Assembly: GCA_041494685.1 (NCBI GenBank)
Contig: JBGQBE010000011.1
Location: 56,587-76,586, forward strand
Source: Dehalococcoidia bacterium
GTDB lineage: Bacteria > Chloroflexota > Dehalococcoidia > DSTF01 > JACRBR01
DNA: 20,000 nt
Direction of reading: 5' to 3'
Shown: positions 16,578-20,000 of the stretch, in pieces
Layout: each line of letters opens with the position of its first letter
Position numbering within the stretch: position 1 is the first letter of the stretch
The notes under the pieces: model-generated
What the model saw: the letters and a program-made list of their open reading frames with translations, nothing else
Database searches by the model: none
What the model was told of the DNA's origin: nothing
Program-made: the position numbers and the translations under genes

Positions 16578-16706
16578 TTACAACAGGATCGTGAAGCCCT
16601 CCTGCACGAAATGCAGGTCGTGCGTCAGCACGTCGCTCAGCCCCAACTCGCTGCAGACGACCATCGACATGCAGTCGGTAAGGCTGTACCCCTTATCGAG
16701 CCGCCG
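16578..16706 (-). pseudogene. C-terminal remnant of a PIN-domain (VapC-type) toxin gene
   Basis: Manual translation gives RRLDKGYSLTDCMSMVVCSELGLSDVLTHDLHFVQEGFTILL*. The frame is closed upstream by TGA at 16770-16772 with no start codon before the fragment. Confidence 0.82.
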
Positions 16707-17667
16707 CCAGCCGCTTCTCGTACCACCCGACGTCCCAGTACCGGTCGAACTTCCGCCCGACCTCGTGCATCACGCCCGACAGCACGAATCCGAACCGCTC
16801 GTGCAGCGCCACCGACGCCTCGTTCGGCAGCGTCACCCCCGCGATCGCCATCCGCACGTCCTCGCCCCGCAGCGCCTCGAACAGCGCCGCGTACAGCGCG
16901 CCGCCGATGCCGCGCCCCGCCGACTCCGGCGCGCAGTAGATCGTCGTCTCCACGCTCGTGTCGTACGCCTTCTTCGTCCGGAACTGGTGGCACCCCGCGT
17001 ACCCGACGATCTCGCCCGCGTCCTCCGCCACGAGCAGCCGGTGCGGTCCGCGCTCGCCGAACTGCGCCAGCCACGGCCGTCGCTCCTCCACCGAGAACGG
17101 CTCCAGGTCGAACGTGATCGCCGTGTGCACGATGTAGTGGTTGTAGATCTCCGTCAGCCGCGGCAGGTCCTCCGTCCGCGCCGCCCGGATCGCCACCCCC
17201 GTGTGCGCGCCCGCAGCGATGCGCCGTCGCGCCCGCCCCGCCGCCGCCAACGCCGCGATCTGCTCCCGGTGCTCCGCGTCGTGCGCCGCCACGTTCTCCA
17301 GCACGCTCAGCGCGCTGTACTCCTCACGCCCGAACGACACCAGCGCGTACAGCGTGTCGGCGTCGATCCCGTCGACCATGGCCAGCACCGCCGCCCGCGT
17401 CGCCGCGAGCCGCGCCGCCGCCTCCGACCCGTCCGCCGGCGCCGACGTGTCGACGTCCACCGCCGCGCGCCCGCACTGGTGCGCCAGCAGCTTTGCGTAC
17501 ACCGCCTCCGATTCGATGACGTGGTGCAGTACCCGCCGCAGCGTCCAGCTCCCCGGCCGCGACGCCTCCAGCTCCGGCGCCGACAGCGGCGTCACCGCCG
17601 CCAGCAGCCGCTCCCGCTCGCGTGCCATCCGCCCCAGCACGTTGCCCAGGTCCTCATCGAACGCCAT
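16693..17667 (-). CDS. DinB-family domain fused to a phosphinothricin/MddA-like GNAT N-acetyltransferase
   Basis: ATG 17667 after GGAGGGG. DinB part: WTLRRVLHHVIESE...HDAEH. GNAT part: IYNHYIVHTAITFD, AYDTSVET, GRGIG, PNEASVALHERFGF, GRKFDRYWDV. Confidence 0.88.
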   Translation of the reverse strand: MAFDEDLGNVLGRMARERERLLAAVTPLSAPELEASRPGSWTLRRVLHHVIESEAVYAKLLAHQCGRAAVDVDTSAPADGSEAAARLAATRAAVLAMVDGIDADTLYALVSFGREEYSALSVLENVAAHDAEHREQIAALAAAGRARRRIAAGAHTGVAIRAARTEDLPRLTEIYNHYIVHTAITFDLEPFSVEERRPWLAQFGERGPHRLLVAEDAGEIVGYAGCHQFRTKKAYDTSVETTIYCAPESAGRGIGGALYAALFEALRGEDVRMAIAGVTLPNEASVALHERFGFVLSGVMHEVGRKFDRYWDVGWYEKRLAAAR

Positions 17668-17765
17668 CGCACCCCTCCGCCAGCATCCTAACAATCCGCT
17701 GCCACGCGCGCGTCTCCCCCATCGCGCGCCCCGCCCGTTAGGTCGCCGCCCCGCGCGAACCACGT

Positions 17766-17790
17766 GTGGCACAACCGTCCCCGGCTGTGC
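17766..17790. repeat. REP-like hairpin
   Basis: GTGGCACAACCG-TCCC-CGGCTGTGC: 9-bp stem with one mismatch, starting with a GTGG tetranucleotide. Confidence 0.5.
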
Positions 17791-17867
17791 ATCCCGCGCA
17801 GCGGGATCCCCCTCGCGGGAAGCCCCCATTCTCCTCCGTGCCCTCCGATCCTCTGTGTCGCATCCGG

Positions 17868-17909
17868 CCGTTTGCCGTTTGCCGTTTGCCGTTTGCTGCT
17901 TGCCGTCAG
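17868..17909. repeat. Tandem heptamer array: (CCGTTTG)4 plus two degenerate units
   Basis: Read directly; 15 nt downstream of the EamA stop codon. Confidence 0.85.
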
Positions 17910-17924
17910 CATGCAGGTCGTCCG

Positions 17925-18788
17925 TCACCCGATCGCCAGCCCGAAGATCCCCGCCACGATCGCCCCCGCGCCCAGCAGCCGCCGCCGCGCGTCCCCCTCG
18001 CCCAGCAGACGCAGCCCCAGCAGCGCCCCGAACAGGATGCTGATCTCCCGCGCCGGCGCCACGTAGCTCACGTCCGAGATCGTCAGCGCCGCCAGCACCA
18101 GGATGTACGCGCCCGGGCTCAGCACCGCGATCACCAGCAGCGGCCGCAACTGCGTCCGCAGCACCGACGCCACCTCCGCGCGCCCGCTCTGCGTCGAGAG
18201 CGCCAGCGGCGCCAGCATCATCGCGCGCGACATGTCCAGCCCGTAGCAATACAGGACCGGCGTCACCACCGTCACACCCTTGCTGTCCCACAGCGTGTAC
18301 GCCGCGATGCACGTCCCGGTCGCCAGCGCGAAGAACACCGACCGCCCCACCTCGGCGCCCCGCGTCCGCCCCGGCGACCACGACATCACGATGATCCCCG
18401 CCACCACCAGCGCCGCCCCCGCCAGCGCCACGGCCGTCGGCCGCTCGCCGAACAGCACGATCGCCCCCACCACCGACAGCGCCGGCCCCGTCCCGCGCGC
18501 TAGCGGGTACACGAGCGACAGGTCGCCCAGCCGGTACCCCTCCGTCAGCAGCAGGAAGTACGCCGCGTTCAGCGCGCCCGACACGCCGACGAACAGCAGC
18601 GCCTCCCACCCCAGCGACGGCCGCGTCCACAGGAACACGCCCAGCGCCAGCGGCAGGTACACCACCTCCGCGCACGCCGCCATCGTGAACGTGAACGCGA
18701 CGCTCCCGCGCGCACCCTTCGCGAAGAAGTTCCAGCTCGCGTGCGCCACCGCCGCCGCCAGCACCAGCGCCAGTACCACTACCGGCAT
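17925..18788 (-). CDS. EamA/DMT family transporter
   Basis: HASWN, YRLGDLSLVYPLARG, YTLWD, VSYVAPAREISILF; about ten hydrophobic helices. Confidence 0.93.
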   Translation of the reverse strand: MPVVVLALVLAAAVAHASWNFFAKGARGSVAFTFTMAACAEVVYLPLALGVFLWTRPSLGWEALLFVGVSGALNAAYFLLLTEGYRLGDLSLVYPLARGTGPALSVVGAIVLFGERPTAVALAGAALVVAGIIVMSWSPGRTRGAEVGRSVFFALATGTCIAAYTLWDSKGVTVVTPVLYCYGLDMSRAMMLAPLALSTQSGRAEVASVLRTQLRPLLVIAVLSPGAYILVLAALTISDVSYVAPAREISILFGALLGLRLLGEGDARRRLLGAGAIVAGIFGLAIG

Positions 18789-18846
18789 CGAAGCTCCCCC
18801 AAAGCAAGAGAGGCACAGCCCAAGCCATGCCTCGTCCGAACCGCCC

Positions 18847-18895
18847 TAACGCACTGCGGACTACAAACTACGGACTGCCCGCTACCACCTACAAC
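18847..18895 (-). repeat. Seven degenerate tandem heptamers, the first containing the sucD stop codon
   Basis: Minus strand: GTTGTAG GTGGTAG CGGGCAG TCCGTAG TTTGTAG TCCGCAG TGCGTTA. Confidence 0.75.
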
Positions 18896-19776
18896 AGTCC
18901 CCGCTCCCGCAGCACCCGCTCCGTCGTCGCACCGATCTCCGCCGGCGATTCGCTGATCGTCACGCCCGCCTCCGCCAGCGCCGCCTTCTTCGATGCCGCC
19001 GTCCCCGTGTTGCCGCTGATGATCGCGCCCGCGTGCCCCATCCGCCGTCCCGCCGGCGCCGTCGACCCCGCGATGAACGCGATCACCGGCTTCGTCATGT
19101 GCTTCTTGATGTACGCCGCCGCGTCCTGCTCCGCGCTGCCGCCGATCTCGCCGATCAGCACCACCGCCGCCGTGTCCGGGTCGTTGTTCAGCAGCTCCAG
19201 CGCCTCCCGCTGGTTCGTGCCGATGATCGGGTCGCCGCCGACGCCGATGCACGTCGACTGCCCGATCCCCCGCCGCGTCAGCTGGTCCACCGCCTCGTAC
19301 ACCAGCGTCCCGCTGCGCGATACTACGCCCACGCTGCCCGCCGAGAACACGTGCCCCGGCATGATGCCCACGCGGCACTCGCCCGCCGTGATCACCCCCG
19401 GGCAGTTCGGGCCGATGAGCCGCGTCGCGCCGCCCGCCATCGCCCGCTTCACCTTCACCATGTCCAGCGTCGGGATGCCCTCCGTGATGCATACGGCCAG
19501 CGGCATCCCGGCGTCCGCCGCCTCCAGGATCGCGTCCGCCGCGAACGGCGGCGGCACGAAGATCAGCGAGCAGTCCGCCCCCGTCTCCCGCACCGCGTCC
19601 GCCACCGTGTTGAAGATCGGGATGCCCTGCTCCGTCTTCTCGCCGCCGCGGCCCGGCGTCACCCCGGCGACGATCTTCGTCCCGTACTCGATGCAGCGCT
19701 GCGTCTGGAAGCTGCCTTCCTTGCCGGTGATGCCCTGCACCAGCACGCGCGTGTCCTTGTTCACCAGTACGCTCAT
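18889..19776 (-). CDS. sucD: Succinyl-CoA ligase alpha subunit
   Basis: VQGITG, GVTPG, ITEGIP, IGPNCPG, SRSGTL, GVGGDP, GEIGG, MGHAGA (phospho-His). ATG 19776 follows AGGAG. Confidence 0.97.
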   Translation of the reverse strand: MSVLVNKDTRVLVQGITGKEGSFQTQRCIEYGTKIVAGVTPGRGGEKTEQGIPIFNTVADAVRETGADCSLIFVPPPFAADAILEAADAGMPLAVCITEGIPTLDMVKVKRAMAGGATRLIGPNCPGVITAGECRVGIMPGHVFSAGSVGVVSRSGTLVYEAVDQLTRRGIGQSTCIGVGGDPIIGTNQREALELLNNDPDTAAVVLIGEIGGSAEQDAAAYIKKHMTKPVIAFIAGSTAPAGRRMGHAGAIISGNTGTAASKKAALAEAGVTISESPAEIGATTERVLRERGLL

Positions 19777-19791
19777 CGGAATCAGTCTCCT

Positions 19792-19819
19792 GGAAGTCGG
19801 AAGCCGGAGGTCAGAATCG
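19792..19819. repeat. Degenerate heptamer run abutting the sucD RBS
   Basis: GGAAGTC GGAAGCC GGAGGTC AGAATCG. Confidence 0.55.
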
Positions 19820-20000
19820 CCCGCCGCAGCCTGCTTGCCACGGCAGCCGGATGGTAGCAACGGCCGCGGTTAGGGGCGAGCGCCGTGGCCCGCATGCGCA
19901 GGGACGCAGCCCGCTGCGCCCGCGCAGGGAAGATCACCGCACCGCCACAGCACGCGCGATCGCCCTTCGCGCGCCGGGAAGGGGAAGGGGTTAGGTCGCC

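Noticed and set aside
17868..17909. CRISPR array
   Set aside because: Contiguous 7-nt tandem units with no spacers and no cas genes.
17668..18828. N-terminal extension of the 711-aa ORF
   Set aside because: Off-frame read-through of EamA and the repeat spacer; RBS and domain start at 17667.

Overview
High-GC bacterial chromosomal window with mostly core and metabolic genes. The gene mix (Re-citrate synthase, GH57 glucanotransferase) is compatible with Chloroflexota/Dehalococcoidia-like organisms, but that is inference only. Order: partial ribBA; a compositionally distinct ~1.36 kb segment carrying a Rieske-fold lipoprotein that has lost its Fe-S ligands; ribH; a hypothetical protein; a holin-like membrane protein; a HesB-like fusion; rpsU; a minus-strand cluster (GH57, two alpha/beta hydrolases, TldD, amidohydrolase); a sigma70 promoter and c-di-AMP (ydaO-type) riboswitch driving a stand-alone membrane GT2; msrA; Re-citrate synthase; an LPG-synthase-type flippase domain; an unannotated VapC/PIN remnant; a DinB-GNAT fusion; EamA; sucD. 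Several spacers carry degenerate 7- or 8-nt tandem repeats at or near stop codons, plus patchworks of REP-like hairpins. No tRNA, rRNA, CRISPR array or intact transposase was seen. All family calls come from motif recognition by eye, not database searches.
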